Below, in pieces: positions 38,601-49,408 of a stretch of 59,222 bases of DNA. The stretch lies in contig KZ538120.1 in NCBI GenBank assembly GCA_000934665.2, positions 62,001 to 121,222 on the forward strand, written 5' to 3'. Under the pieces are notes generated by a model that saw only the letters and a list, made by a program, of their open reading frames with translations, was not told the DNA's origin and did not search any database. Numbering within the stretch: position 1 is the stretch's first letter; each line of letters starts with the position of its first letter. The DNA is from Catajapyx aquilonaris (Eukaryota). Made by a program: the position numbers and the translations under genes.

Positions 38601-41600
38601 GGCTGATCACTTTTTCAGCCCAAAGTCAACAAATCCGCATTTCAAGATATCCGATTGCTTGTGATTACCGAACTTGCAGGGCAACCCAATGAAAAATTCC
38701 GGCATATCCTGATTACATTCACTTTTTACGAGATTTCAATGAAATTTCAAACTGCGATCCAAAAAAAAAGATATGGCTGGGGAACGAATTTCACAACGAC
38801 CGTCCCCCCAAAAAGTTTTCGCAGCGTGTGCATCATAGCGCCCGGCCAAATTTCAGATAGCCTTTCAGAGTAATTGAAGTGGCTGGTAGGGGGAAGGACA
38901 GGTTTGATGAAGCGGGTGCTATCGTTTTAGACGCTTCTGATTGCAAACCAGCCGCCGGATGAGCATGAACAAAAATTTACCTTGTGACGACTCTCCCACA
39001 CCACATTTGGAAAAAAAATATATACCATGCGACAGTACCATGACGTAGCTGTTTAGTGGCGTTTCATCATTATATTTACACCAGAGCAAGGGGTTGGGTG
39101 TATGCAAATATGTACTCTCTGGATGGCATAGACCGGCCTGTGGAGCTTCCCTAGTACAAATAGTCAGACGGGATTGTGGCAAGTGGGCAATTTGCCGGGA
39201 TGGGATTGGCCGCGCCTTTATTGCTACCCTATTATTAATTTCTCTCTGGGCTTTGCTTCTCTCTGTGAAAAGTCGGAAAATGATCAACGATGGGGGGAGA
39301 GGGCCTCTGGATGCAACTAGCGGCGCACCCACACGCACTCTGCGGATCCGGAAAACAAATAAACAAAGTGCCACTCACTCGACACTGCTGCTGGGATGCT
39401 GGGAGGTTTGGGAGATTAAGCCAGCGGTTGTGCTTTGCAAGCGGATTCGGCATATTCGGACATGTGCTGGTGTTTAATATCTAATGGGGCCAAATGATTG
39501 TAGCAGGGTAATTTCTAGTGGATGCTGTTCCTAATAGCATCAGATGAAAATGTAGCATCCTGTAAGGATAATTTAAATTTTTTGTGGTAAATGGTGATTG
39601 AAACCTCGGCGCAGTAAAGATGCAGAGACCAAGTTGTGGGGGATCATTATGAAACACCTTGTCTGTGGTTCGAATTCGAGGGCATTGGGATAACTTTAGC
39701 TAGCGTCATCATGCTCCCAATTCGCTCGTTAACGAGTTATTTAATAAGCTAAATTAGCTGTCACCCCAAATAGTTGTTATTTCCGGAACAAGTGAAACCC
39801 CGGGATTTAGCGGGTAAACATGTTTTGAATGGAGTTTGAATTGTCAGGCTCGATGGGAGAATAATGTTAGGACCGGGCTGCAGGAGTCCAAAACATGACG
39901 TACTCGGTCTGGATTAATATCTGAAAATACATCTGACACAAAAGATAACCGAAACCAGTGCCAAGGTCTACAAATGGACTAATTTGCAAGTAGTTTTTGA
40001 TAGCCTGGATTCGCAAGAAAGTGGGCCAAGAACGTGTTGCACGTATAGTTCATGACACGTCCCTTGTCCGCAGGGTTGTAAAAGTTTCGTCCATGTCAGT
40101 GATAACGATTATCAGAAGCCCAATCGGAAGTCGATAAGCTCCAGCATGTCACGTGACTCTGAGGCAACAGTGATCAGTTCTATCTATGGGAAGCAGCGAG
40201 TTGAAAAAATGATTTTTGTTTTTTGCAAACTTACTGTTAGTCCTATACACATCATTCCCGCAATATAACCGTAATTTAGTCTGCATACTGTACTTTGCTT
40301 ATTAAATGTTTCTTTTAACAAAATGCAATAATTAAAAAAAAATTATGATTACCTGCAATACGTTGCAAAGTTATATGCCAACAGCGCAAGCTTTAAATAA
40401 TTTCTGCATTTGATACAGTTTCCATGCTGCTCTTATTTGATATTCACTTTGCATATGAATTCAGCGAGGCGAAAACAATTTGATTTCAGTGTACCGTTCA
40501 CTGCATTGCCGTTTTTTTTCAACTTATGGGAGAAATACTGCAAGTTCATATCTGTCATAATGCATCAAGTTTCTGCTATCGAGTCATGCGAATCTGCTTT
40601 TTGATATTAATATTCCAAATATATATTCATGACTCGCTATATACCTTCATTTGCATCCACATATTGCAGAAACACTGTAGACATGCAATCCAAATGTTCA
40701 GGAAAATTTACACGTTTGACATATGTTTTTAAAACAGATGAATCCTGATTTCGCACACCTCTTAAGCCTGTTTTGCACAATTTAATATTTTAATGCTCCG
40801 TTACATTCAGTGTACAGGTTTATGGTGAAGCAAAGATTGTGGCGCTAACTATTCTATTTGTCAAAATTTCATCAGCACTTGAGCAACGTGAAGAGATTTC
40901 TTTCCGCCATTTTCACCTTGCTTTAGTGCTGGCGGTTGTAACGATTCGATAAAGTGACCCTCTGGTACTGTCAATACTCTATAGTACATCTAGTCCATCA
41001 GTTGAGAATTATTGCCACTAAATACTGCGAATACGCCCAGAAACAATCAAATCCACAGAAAACGACCATGAAATCGGCATATAGCAAAAGGCCATAGCTA
41101 ACACAATGGTCTCGAGGCTATTTTCCCTCTCGCCACTTACACAAACATCCATTTCTTTTCTCCTTCTGTGTGTTTCGATCCCCGGTAGTAAACAAGCCAT
41201 GTTTCCAAAAAAAAAAAAAAGGTGACCTGTCGAAACCCCCTGTACGTACAGTACACCTCGAGCAGAATTCGGCTCCAGCAAATGCATAAGCAGCTCCCCC
41301 AAAATTTTCGGGGGTGGCCTGAATCCGATGGGCCCCAGCTATCTCCGGTCATCCGGTTTTCCCCCGGAAGGCCCGGATATGGGCCCCACAAGCTTGCCTT
41401 TCTACGTGCCAGCCAATGGGAAGTTACCATCCCCCCCCCCTCTCTCTACTACTCTCCATTTCAAACCCCCCTCTCCTTCATCACCGGCCCCCATCCTCCA
41501 CAACAGAGCCTACAAAGAGCACCGACCACTCGTTATTTAAAACGAGGAGTCATAGTACAGTATGTAGGTATAACCATTTCCAACCCCCCACTCCTCCAAG

Positions 41601-44600
41601 CCTTGTAATGATCCTATGAATTAACTGCTTTACTACTGGCTAACGATTTCTCTCCCACTTCACAAAGGCAGATAAATCCATTTTTTGCATGCGTTTCAGA
41701 TATACCTGTGAAAAATATTTGGAGTTTTTTTAGAGGGTGGTAATCCGGTTTTTGCCTCCCCATTTTCCTCTGAAACTTGCCAATTTCACCTGAGTTCTAA
41801 ATGAGGATTGGGGAGGGTCCGGGGGATGGATGAGAGGGGACGATGAAGTAGAGGGGAGGGGGGGAGAAAAGCAATGGATCGGGGGGAGAATTACGGGGGA
41901 AGAACTGGAGTAGGATCTGTTATTACAAAGGACTCGGCTTTAAGTGATTGTCGTTTTCAAGCTTGGTTTTGTCACGTTATTGATATTGTTACGATTATGT
42001 AAACGGATGATTCAGAATTTTGGTGATATATCGTCGTTATTTTTTAATGTTTTAGAGGACTATTAGGGTTTTGTAGTAGTTCAGCCATAATTTTTTGCCC
42101 TATGGGACACTTCCGTTTTATTGTTATTGTTACGGCTTTGCAATTGGAATCGATCGGAGTTGAAAACGTAAAGCCGCAATTTTTGGCTTATAATAACTGT
42201 CACGCTCCACTGTTTGCTAATAAATTACCTTCGAATATTACAGACATATATTTTATCATTGAAAAAATGTAAAAAGAACATGACTAGAAAAATATTATTA
42301 CTTCAAGCAGTCTATAGCTGCACGAAAAGGCGAAAATAATTTTTTGGACTTTTAAAATCCTCAATAAATATATAAAAGAATTTTGAGCATACATGTTCAT
42401 CTCCTTCCTGAAGGTCTTGTCAGAGTCTCAGATTATTATGCTTTTTTTTGCATAGGTGCAGAATTTAATTTGGAGAAGCATTACACATCCAGAGGGTGTG
42501 AAGTGAGTGCACAAATGAAATTATTTACTTCCCAAGGAGTCCTTGGGATAGGAAACGAGCCGCATAGGAATTGCTCGCCAGCTAATAAGTCCACCGAAGC
42601 CATATACAGAGATAGATATATATATAGAGAGAGACCGGTGAATGGCAAAGTAATAAATTTTTCTCTCCATCCTTTCCCCCTGTTGAATCGGACCCGTCGG
42701 AGGACAAAGCCGGGAGTTAATAATCTCTGCTGGAGGCTTTTAAAACTCAATCGAGGCGTTGGCGAATCTTCCTTCTTCTTCTGCTCACATTTTAGATATT
42801 CTCCCGCCTTGATTTCCAGCTGGAACTTTAACTGGGGGAGAAATTACATAGCCCAAAGAGCTGGAAGATAATCTCTGAGCGGCTTTCAAAACTCCAATCT
42901 CCAATGAGGAACAAACTATCTGGAAGAACTTTTTTTTTTTTTTTACCTCCTCCTATACTCTTCCCTCCCAGCGGCCGCTTTTCCGTTCTTTTTTTCCCCC
43001 CCTCCAGCTTTATAATATTTCCGCTCTCCATGTTTCATTTTTTCGTCGAATTATGTGAACTGTAACGCTCGATCTTGCACCATTTCGGTCGAGTGAATTT
43101 CAGAGCTTTTCTCGGTTCACGTGACTATGCGGTGGGATGATTGTAGGCCTGTTAAGACCTGAGGGGCCTCTGCGTGTACTGCTATGCTTTGCCTCGTGGA
43201 AAGTTGGTAGGTTACTGTATAAGTGTACCAAACTTGTGTGGTAGGTAGGTATAGGGGGGCAGGTGCTCCAGAAGTACACCGCATAATGTGCTCCGCCTAA
43301 CGTTTAGTGGCCTACAGCGAAGTACAATTACCATTTCTCTAGCTTTTGCCGTGTTGATTCATGTGGTCCGACAAGTGGAGATGTACAACGTATGCCTTCT
43401 GGCTCATTTTCACGGTGTAACAGCGCGTATCTCATTTTGGAATGTGGTGTACCGCGAGGAAAAAAAATTCTTGGCGAATTTCTGTCACAGCATGTTACTG
43501 TGCACCAGACAAATGTACTGTACAATTTGCATGTGTCTGAGCTTGTACTTTATGGGCCGAATAACCGGTAACAGATAATTGACCTTTCGGCTTTTCACCT
43601 CTATATAGATTTCCCTCGTTCCCCTTAGGTTCTTTTTCTTCTCTTTTCTCCTTCCCGCCCTCCGCATTTTCTTTCCCGACTTCTTATCACACCTTCTCTC
43701 CCGAGTCCCCGAGTCTGTTTGCTGATTCTGCCGAGGAAGATTAAGGACCCGCCATGCATAAGAAATGATCCCAGTTTTGGGGGGCAAGGGGTGTCTGAGC
43801 TGCGTCTGGAGAGGAAGTAGTTGCCCTCGAGGAATTAGGTTGCGCGGACTTATAGTGCACGTATGTTTGCACAGCACCCCGACACATTACTCTGAAAAAT
43901 ATCATCAATTGCTGGGGGTTTAAAAATAAATAAATAAATAAAATTGCGAGTGTTTGTTAAAAAGCCACAAACAAAAATACACTTTGCTCCATCTCTTGTG
44001 CAGCATAATTGTGTTTGATTATGATAATGGCCTCCTTCAGGTTGATGGCGGGAGATATATTCCTTTGGAAGTTGATGAACAGCTCCTCTAGCCCCCCCAG
44101 GTTGCTATGGGAACTTCCTTCCTGATGCAGGCAGTATCGATGTGTTGGAAGAGGGTTAGTTGCTAGGATGTAGTCGGGTGCCCCCCACCCACCCACTCAC
44201 TTCTTCCTACCCACCACCCTCATTTCGGGTCCCAGTGCTCACTCATACTTTCTATGGGGACCCAAGATTCTCGGCACAACAAACACGGAATCCCCTTCCC
44301 ATGATGCTTTCTTCACCACTTGTGGGGCACACTTGACCATTTATAAACAGGACTCACGCACCATTTCAAGTCAAACAAAACTGTGCACTCAGATTGCTTA
44401 CTCTAACCAACAACAAGTGTGTGGTTGTTGGAGGTGTGTAAACAGCCCACAACTCTGCTGTCGAGGAGCTGCAACTTTATTAATTGCAAAATATTTGGGC
44501 ATGTCCATATCAGCGGGATGACCACCAGGTTTCACCGGATTAGGAAACCAGATGAGGAGAAAGCCATCATATAATAATAGGCAAGAAAGGGACAATGCAG

Positions 44601-47600
44601 TGTGCTAGGTACCCGGTGCAGAGGTCTCGCACATGATTACATCTGGGCGAGAAGCACCAGAGTGTGGGAGGAAAAGGGTTTTCCAATGGCGTTTCCAAGG
44701 CTCGGACCGGTGCTCAGGAGTATCCGAGCGCGAGATAAAGCCTGCTGTAACGTACATGTCGGCTGGAAAGTCACATGGCTGCTCCGGGAGAGTCTGCTGA
44801 GTTGACGGAACAAAAGGTAGGAATAAGTATCCAAGGGGAGGGCTTGCTGCTGCAGTTGGGGGGGACGTAATGAGGCATCCGAGCTTGGCTATTTATTTGG
44901 GCGGTCCACTGATCAATATGGCAGCATCAAAAGAAAGTAGCAAGCGGGCAGGAATCGTCCCTTGTGCTTTCCGATGCAATTTCCGGAGCCCTAGGCTTGT
45001 AACTGGCCCCTCACCAGCATTGCATTCACGCCCCCATTTTTATTGCCTTATTCCAACCCTCAACTGTATTCCAGTCCTAGCCTCACTTTAGGACTTCTTT
45101 CTTGAGGATTTTCTTCTCTCTTTTTTTTGATTCACTTCCCAACAACTTCTTCAGGGTTCCTGATCTGGGACTACGCGGGGATTTACGTTATGGGCTTTGA
45201 CTTATTGGGAGGCGAAAAAGCAAGGCTCATTAGGGCTTAATTGTGGGGTAAATATTTATGCGGATTGCTCTTTTTTTACAGATGAATTCAAGAGCACTGT
45301 GAAAAGAGAGATGGGAGTGGAGATCATCAATGAGGGCATTGGAGATAGGGTGAGTACCACATTTTTATGCGCATGTACCTTCGAACATTACACACATATT
45401 TTGTACATGATACATTTTGTGCGAAACTACGTCTGCGCAATGACCCGGCGTATCAAAAGTTGGAAGGTAGAGTTACCTGAGAGTGCATGAAAGAAGAGAA
45501 AATAAAAGCAACCTTTTTGACCATGTGTCGATTTCCTGGAATCTCTTCGGTGTATAAGATACCATCCGACCTGCTTGCTGGCTTGACAGGGTTTCAGGGT
45601 AACCAAGAGACAACTTCCTACCTTGTGTTTTGATTCTTTGAGGTCGAAAACAAGTCTGGTTGCTAAGCAAAGTTCTTTGTCTGCCTGTATCTCTTGAGTA
45701 GAAAATAATCCTCTCGGTTTGCTCATGGATCGCGAGCACCGAAGAGGACTTTCAAAAGAGCTGCTATAATTCCTCTGGAGAGGGCCCTCTTGCTGCTTTT
45801 CATGTTGCGCAGCTGGATGGGGTTATTTTTTTTTCGGTGGCCGCTCATTTCGCAGAAATGTTACATATATAGGCCAAAATGCAGCACAATTTTTTCCTGG
45901 TGTTGTTCAGCTCATCCCAATTTTCTAGCCACTGGAAGCAGAACAACAAGCTCCGGTCCATTGTTCCCCCCAGCAGCAGGAATAGGTTTTGGCACAAATG
46001 CCACATATATATCGGAAAGCAGTTCTCCGCTCGCTGTAATAACCATACCAGCCGCATTGTTTGCGACTTGAAGTGCGAAATTATTATGATTTCTGCCCCT
46101 CTTCGCACTTTCCAGAAACTCTTCATGGGTTGGGTAATTAAAACAATTGACCGCATCCGGCAGTACTTGAAGGGGGCATTGACAATGAAAGATCCCTCCC
46201 AACTGCCGCAGGAGTCAATTGGGTGTCCAGAGTAGTAAATAAATCCAAATCGCGGCGCCAAGCCCTAGTGTTTGCTCGAGACAAGCCGAGCAAATAGATT
46301 CGGAGCCGAGATTTCTAATTAGAGTTGGTCGCGTGCCTGCGCCCGTTGCCCGGATCCCTATTCCTTTGATCTTAATTGAAGACAATTTTGATTTTGGCGT
46401 CGGAATTTCCCGAGCTCGATTTTTTTTATTGTTGTTGTTTGTCGCGAGGAAGTGACGTCCTTGGCTGGAAGTTGCTGGGTGTCAGCTCATCAAACGGCTA
46501 ACTATACTTATTGCTCGTTAGACCATATAGTTTTTTTTTCTCTCGGTATATATTTTCGGTGTGTATAGCCTGGTGTGTATGCCCGGAACAGCATTGCCTC
46601 GGGAGCTACATTATTATATACGCATACGACAGAGGAGGGTTGGTACCAAAAAAAAATGTATAGTTCTGTGGGTTTGAAAAAGCAAATGAGGAAACAAGTC
46701 GGATGAGGTTTACATGCGCGTAATGCGAATGGCAAGTGGGGGCCTCCAGAGACAGCTTAGCAACCGAGGAAAACATTTCACAAAAGCAGGCGGAAATGAC
46801 GAGCACTGCCTCCAGCACCTATTATTAACTCCCACTCCACATTATGCCAATATAGCGCCGGTGGGCTTTTTTAACTGGGAAGAGAGATGGGGGGTGGAGG
46901 GGGAGAGAAATAATTAGGGGAGGGAGAAGGAGGGAGAGGGGGGTAGAAAATGCAAGCGAATTTTTGTTTGGGTTTCCGGGAGAAAAGTTGGATTTGTTCG
47001 CATTTTTCCAGAGAGAGAGAGAGGGGGGGGACATGTTGAGCGTAATTTCTCTTGGTGGAACTGTATTGGGTCTGGCGTTATAATTGGTTTTTTAAGCAAT
47101 TGTTCGTACTACTTGTTTCCGCGTGTCTATCGGGGTCACATTGATGCATGTTTAGGAGTGATAAAATTGATTTGAGAGACTGGCGGAGAAGTAACACTTT
47201 TGTTTACCTTTACAAAAAATTGTTACGCAATCGTTTCTCGGGATATTTTGCAACCTGCTTGCGTATAACATTTGTGGGCAGAAAGAAATTGAAACTGACG
47301 TTGTTTTAAGCACTGTACTATATAAGAATCGGGTTTCTTAGAAGCGACTTGATTACACGGAGCAGAAATGAAACCTCACAATTATCTACCATTATTTTTC
47401 AGACTTGAGACGAAATTACTCTTGACATATTACGGTATTTTGTTCAGTTCGCTGACAGCGAACACTCTGCACATCAGTATCAAATCAAGTCTGCTAAAAT
47501 ATTGCGTCAGAGAGAGTTCGTATAGAGTACAAGTTTTACTGGGAGGTTGAATAAGAAAGGAGTAATCCTTACTATATTGCACCGAGGCAGTTTCATAGAG

Positions 47601-49408
47601 CAGGTGACGATCGAGAATTAATATGTACAAGTGCAGTTGCCTTGTCCTACATTCTGTCTGGGTGTCGGCTTCCAAGAATTACCTCGACTCAGCTGATGAG
47701 TTTCCTGAAAGAATAGATCTGCAGTAATGTAGCTAATTGACGTTGGTCTGCAAATTAAATTTAGGAATATATTATAATGCTAAGTAGTAAGCAAAACATT
47801 ATTATTATTCTCATTTTTAAACGACATAGCTGTTTGATTCTTTGGAGTAAAATGTGAGCATATACAGTTATCACAGTTCACATTTACATATGTAATAATT
47901 TATATATAATCAAAGATCAATTTAATTCGCAAAGGGGACTGCTTAGTCAGCTGGATTGATGTGTACATTTTCATATCAAAACTGGACATTTGGATTAGCT
48001 TGTTTTATAATTCATGCTGATCCCCATTGGAAATTACAAAACTGGAGTGTTGGTCACATATGTGCACAATTAGGACCTGATAGTTCAAATTTCATGTAAA
48101 GCGTCACAGGAATGTTTCGATTTTCAAACGCGCTTTCGTGTGCATGCTTATCACGACAAAAACTGACATCAAAAATAATGAGTTGTGAATATTGCTCACA
48201 CCTGTTTATGGGTGCTTGCGGTATATTAGCTCTTGAATGCGCGTTAACCAGTCATTTGTGCTAATTCTGGCCGTGCGAATATGGTTACAGAAATGATTTA
48301 AAATTGAGTTTGCAGATTTGAAGCATAATGTCCGGTTACTGGATCATGTTGGACACATTATACGGGGTGGAGCACCACACTGCCCAAGCACTTTGTTGTT
48401 GAATATTGTTTACTCTACCAACTATAGTTCAAAAGACGTTATCTGCACGACTTTATTGCTGTTTCCTTCGGGTTGCTCTCCTTTAAACTGGTTACTGGGG
48501 TAAACAATCCCGAAGTTCATCACCTACCTCCACTTTAACTTTGGGCAGTGCACCACCATGAATTAATGCAATAATATTGAATGATGCATGATGCATGGTT
48601 TATGCCTGAAACTGTTTGCCTGAAATTGCCTATAGCTTGAAACGTATATTCAGTACACTGTAAAGTTACAGGGTGATCCATTTGAGATGTGATCTACACG
48701 CTCGGCTGCAAAGGTGTGGACAAAATTTGCTTAACAAAACTGCCATGCTGAAAGTATAGTCTCGGGCAGAAAAATCATTTTAAATATTGTATACGTCGTA
48801 GATATAAGTACTGCATGAAACGAAAAGCTGAGCGGCAGGGGACTTTTTTTTCTTCGGACGATAAGACCCGGGCTATGTTTTAATCGAGAATTAGTTATAT
48901 GCAAAAAGACAACCCGAGGGGGATGAAGGAAATATCAAGATATCAATAAATCTGTGCAGCATATTGCGGAATCTTCCTTGAAGGCAGCTTATATACAAAA
49001 ATGGGAACCAACTGAAAGCCGAATCGACTGGGCAAAGAACTTGGATGATTTCTTCTTTTTTTTACAGTGACATGGACATTTTTCATTGCGAGTTTTACTA
49101 TATTGTCAATGGCAAAATAATGGCTCATAAATTTATGCAGGGAATGCTTCGTACGAACTGGAGCGCAAAACCTTTCAATATTCATATCTAAGTCATGTGC
49201 ATTGCAGCAGCAGACATACCTTTTACGGAATTCCTTGTGGAGATAACTGCAGTATTTTTGAAAAATAAAATATCGGCCCAATATGTACGAGTTTCGCGTT
49301 CACAATACTGGATTTTAAAAACTTTATTACTGCATAAATCGAGAAACTAAGAGGAAATAACTGCCTCTCTCTGCTACTTCCAACCGACAGTATATACATT
49401 TCGGAAAG
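2926..49408 (+). CDS. IA-2: Spliced IA-2/PTPRN-family receptor-type tyrosine-protein phosphatase-like gene, 5' part (signal peptide, RESP18-homology region, pro-region, ectodomain); 3'-incomplete
   Basis: Join 2926-3022, 8646-8699, 11731-11791, 12011-12142, 13078-13162, 13655-13790, 15719-15924, 16329-16757, 17889-18018, 30546-30649, 32085-32242, 36220-36306, 38151-38236, 45282-45349, (49391-49408). All introns are GT-AG with consistent phases and the frame stays open. GCLFSETLCETEYEWCYDDYAFGRC matches the IA-2 N-terminal GCLFxxxLC...C..D..FGxC pattern, and GYRWSHIYTQCVLQ matches GxxWxxxxTQxV. VDTSYAYV...EGKEFVTLLADLL...VTFKV...INATEV...MGVEIINEGIGDR matches the IA-2 ectodomain. Family recognised from memory, not by database search. 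Confidence 0.92.
4819..4854 (+). mobile_element. Possible SINE central-domain fragment
   Basis: GTGGGTTTTCTTGGGGTTTCTGCCGTTTCTTCCCAC resembles the GTGGGTTTYCTCCGGGTRCTCCGGTTTCCTCCCAC core of widespread metazoan SINEs. No head recognised. Confidence 0.35.
8646..8699 (+). CDS. IA-2: IA-2 exon 2, (G)CLFSETLCETEYEWCYD
   Basis: Acceptor tgtctgtctttccag, donor G|GTAAGT, 54 nt, phase 1-1, Cys pattern of the RESP18-homology region. Confidence 0.93.
11731..11791 (+). CDS. IA-2: IA-2 exon 3, (D)YAFGRCLPLDGSIGDDDLY(R)
   Basis: Acceptor ttccttcctttcag, donor CG|GTGAGT, 61 nt, phase 1-2, FGxC motif. Confidence 0.93.
12011..12142 (+). CDS. IA-2: IA-2 exon 4, FDLDRSSLHALENEMQRLFALGYRWSHIYTQCVLQALLVSFRY(D)
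   Basis: Acceptor ttttttccctag, donor GA|GTGAGT, 132 nt, phase 2-2. Confidence 0.93.
13078..13162 (+). CDS. IA-2: IA-2 exon 5, MSYDEELCNQLVDQDLEGALRAIEGDDQ
   Basis: Acceptor tctgttccttgcag, donor CAG|GTACTG, 85 nt, phase 2-0. Confidence 0.88.
13655..13790 (+). CDS. IA-2: IA-2 exon 6, KVDPLDLAVVRFTPSANEPHSEFADEVYFPTVQDQQDSADDIEKN(G)
   Basis: Acceptor attttcatatacag, donor G|GTAAGT, 136 nt, phase 0-1. Confidence 0.88.
15719..15924 (+). CDS. IA-2: IA-2 exon 7, PGEINYYPSSYDDDDGEDMAFGRNKKIDRS...VKWRKRSNDFPSDADE
   Basis: Acceptor ttccttttttcag, donor GAG|GTACGG, 206 nt, phase 1-0. A possible alternative in-frame donor follows 15876. Confidence 0.82.
16329..16757 (+). CDS. IA-2: IA-2 exon 8, acidic/poly-Gln pro-region EMLSPEE...YTEGGLIILP...WGFKRRERLDVKKPGPFFQ
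   Basis: Acceptor ccatcccccacag, donor CAG|GTGAGA, 429 nt, phase 0-0. Corresponds to ORF 16332-16766 and has strongly coding-like composition. Confidence 0.92.
17889..18018 (+). CDS. IA-2: IA-2 exon 9, TSDNDGSGLKSYLRTLTEEDNEISNAHGPSDEYEPIAEDMTHD(E)
   Basis: Branch-like ctctaat then ccag acceptor, donor G|GTAAGT, 130 nt, phase 0-1. Confidence 0.85.
26612..26671 (+). repeat. (AATA)15 microsatellite
   Basis: Directly visible. Confidence 0.97.
29058..29109. mobile_element. Very short inverted-repeat element, probably an internally deleted Tc1/mariner-type MITE
   Basis: Perfect 14-bp inverted repeat GGTGTTCCAAGTTC (29058-29071) / GAACTTGGAACACC (29096-29109) with a 24-bp spacer. Ends resemble CAGGGTGT...ACACCCTG termini. 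Confidence 0.55.
30546..30649 (+). CDS. IA-2: IA-2 exon 10, GEMDNDASSGGESFGKKNKTEWDETSLPSSSWVQ
   Basis: Branch-like gctaac, acceptor gttacag, donor CAG|GTAATT, 104 nt, phase 1-0, bridges the phases of exons 9 and 11. Confidence 0.82.
32085..32242 (+). CDS. IA-2: IA-2 exon 11, WRKRYRQKKVVP...HRFEVVDTSYAYVGVKK(P); basic cleavage cluster and start of ectodomain
   Basis: Acceptor tgtttttttggcag, donor CC|GTAAGT, 158 nt, phase 0-2. Confidence 0.9.
36220..36306 (+). CDS. IA-2: IA-2 exon 12, FKSYKEGKEFVTLLADLLPIPLSALSNV(R), ectodomain
   Basis: Acceptor ttttttatcactatag, donor AG|GTAAGG, 87 nt, phase 2-2. Confidence 0.9.
38151..38236 (+). CDS. IA-2: IA-2 exon 13, VEKDQVTFKVEPNAMGINATEVTGRIAT(D), ectodomain with N-A-T glycosylation sequon
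   Basis: Acceptor cttattttggcag, donor G|GTGAGT, 86 nt, phase 2-1. Confidence 0.92.
45282..45349 (+). CDS. IA-2: IA-2 exon 14, EFKSTVKREMGVEIINEGIGDR, end of ectodomain
   Basis: Acceptor ctctttttttacag, donor AGG|GTGAGT, 68 nt, phase 1-0. GxxIxxxGxGxR end motif of the IA-2 ectodomain. Confidence 0.92.
49391..49408 (+). CDS. IA-2: Candidate 18-nt in-frame microexon (YIHFGK) of IA-2
   Basis: ctgcctctctctgctacttccaaccgacag|TATATACATTTCGGAAAG|gtgagt. Near-consensus donor, pyrimidine-rich acceptor, phase 0-0 matching the exon 14 exit, no stop. Confidence 0.68.

Noticed and set aside
40021..40071. Imperfect 51-nt hairpin as a possible pre-miRNA
   Set aside because: Short, with several bulges and no match to a miRNA I recognise
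43121..43130. GTGACTATGC, a 10-nt complement to part of miR-153
   Set aside because: Flanks do not match, no precursor hairpin is evident, it is not a full seed site and it is intronic; expected by chance
48318..48410. RLLDHVGHIIRGGAPHCPSTLL, faintly like the C-terminal GH motif of RTE-type LINE ORFs
   Set aside because: Too short, with no adjoining reverse transcriptase motifs; needs a profile search
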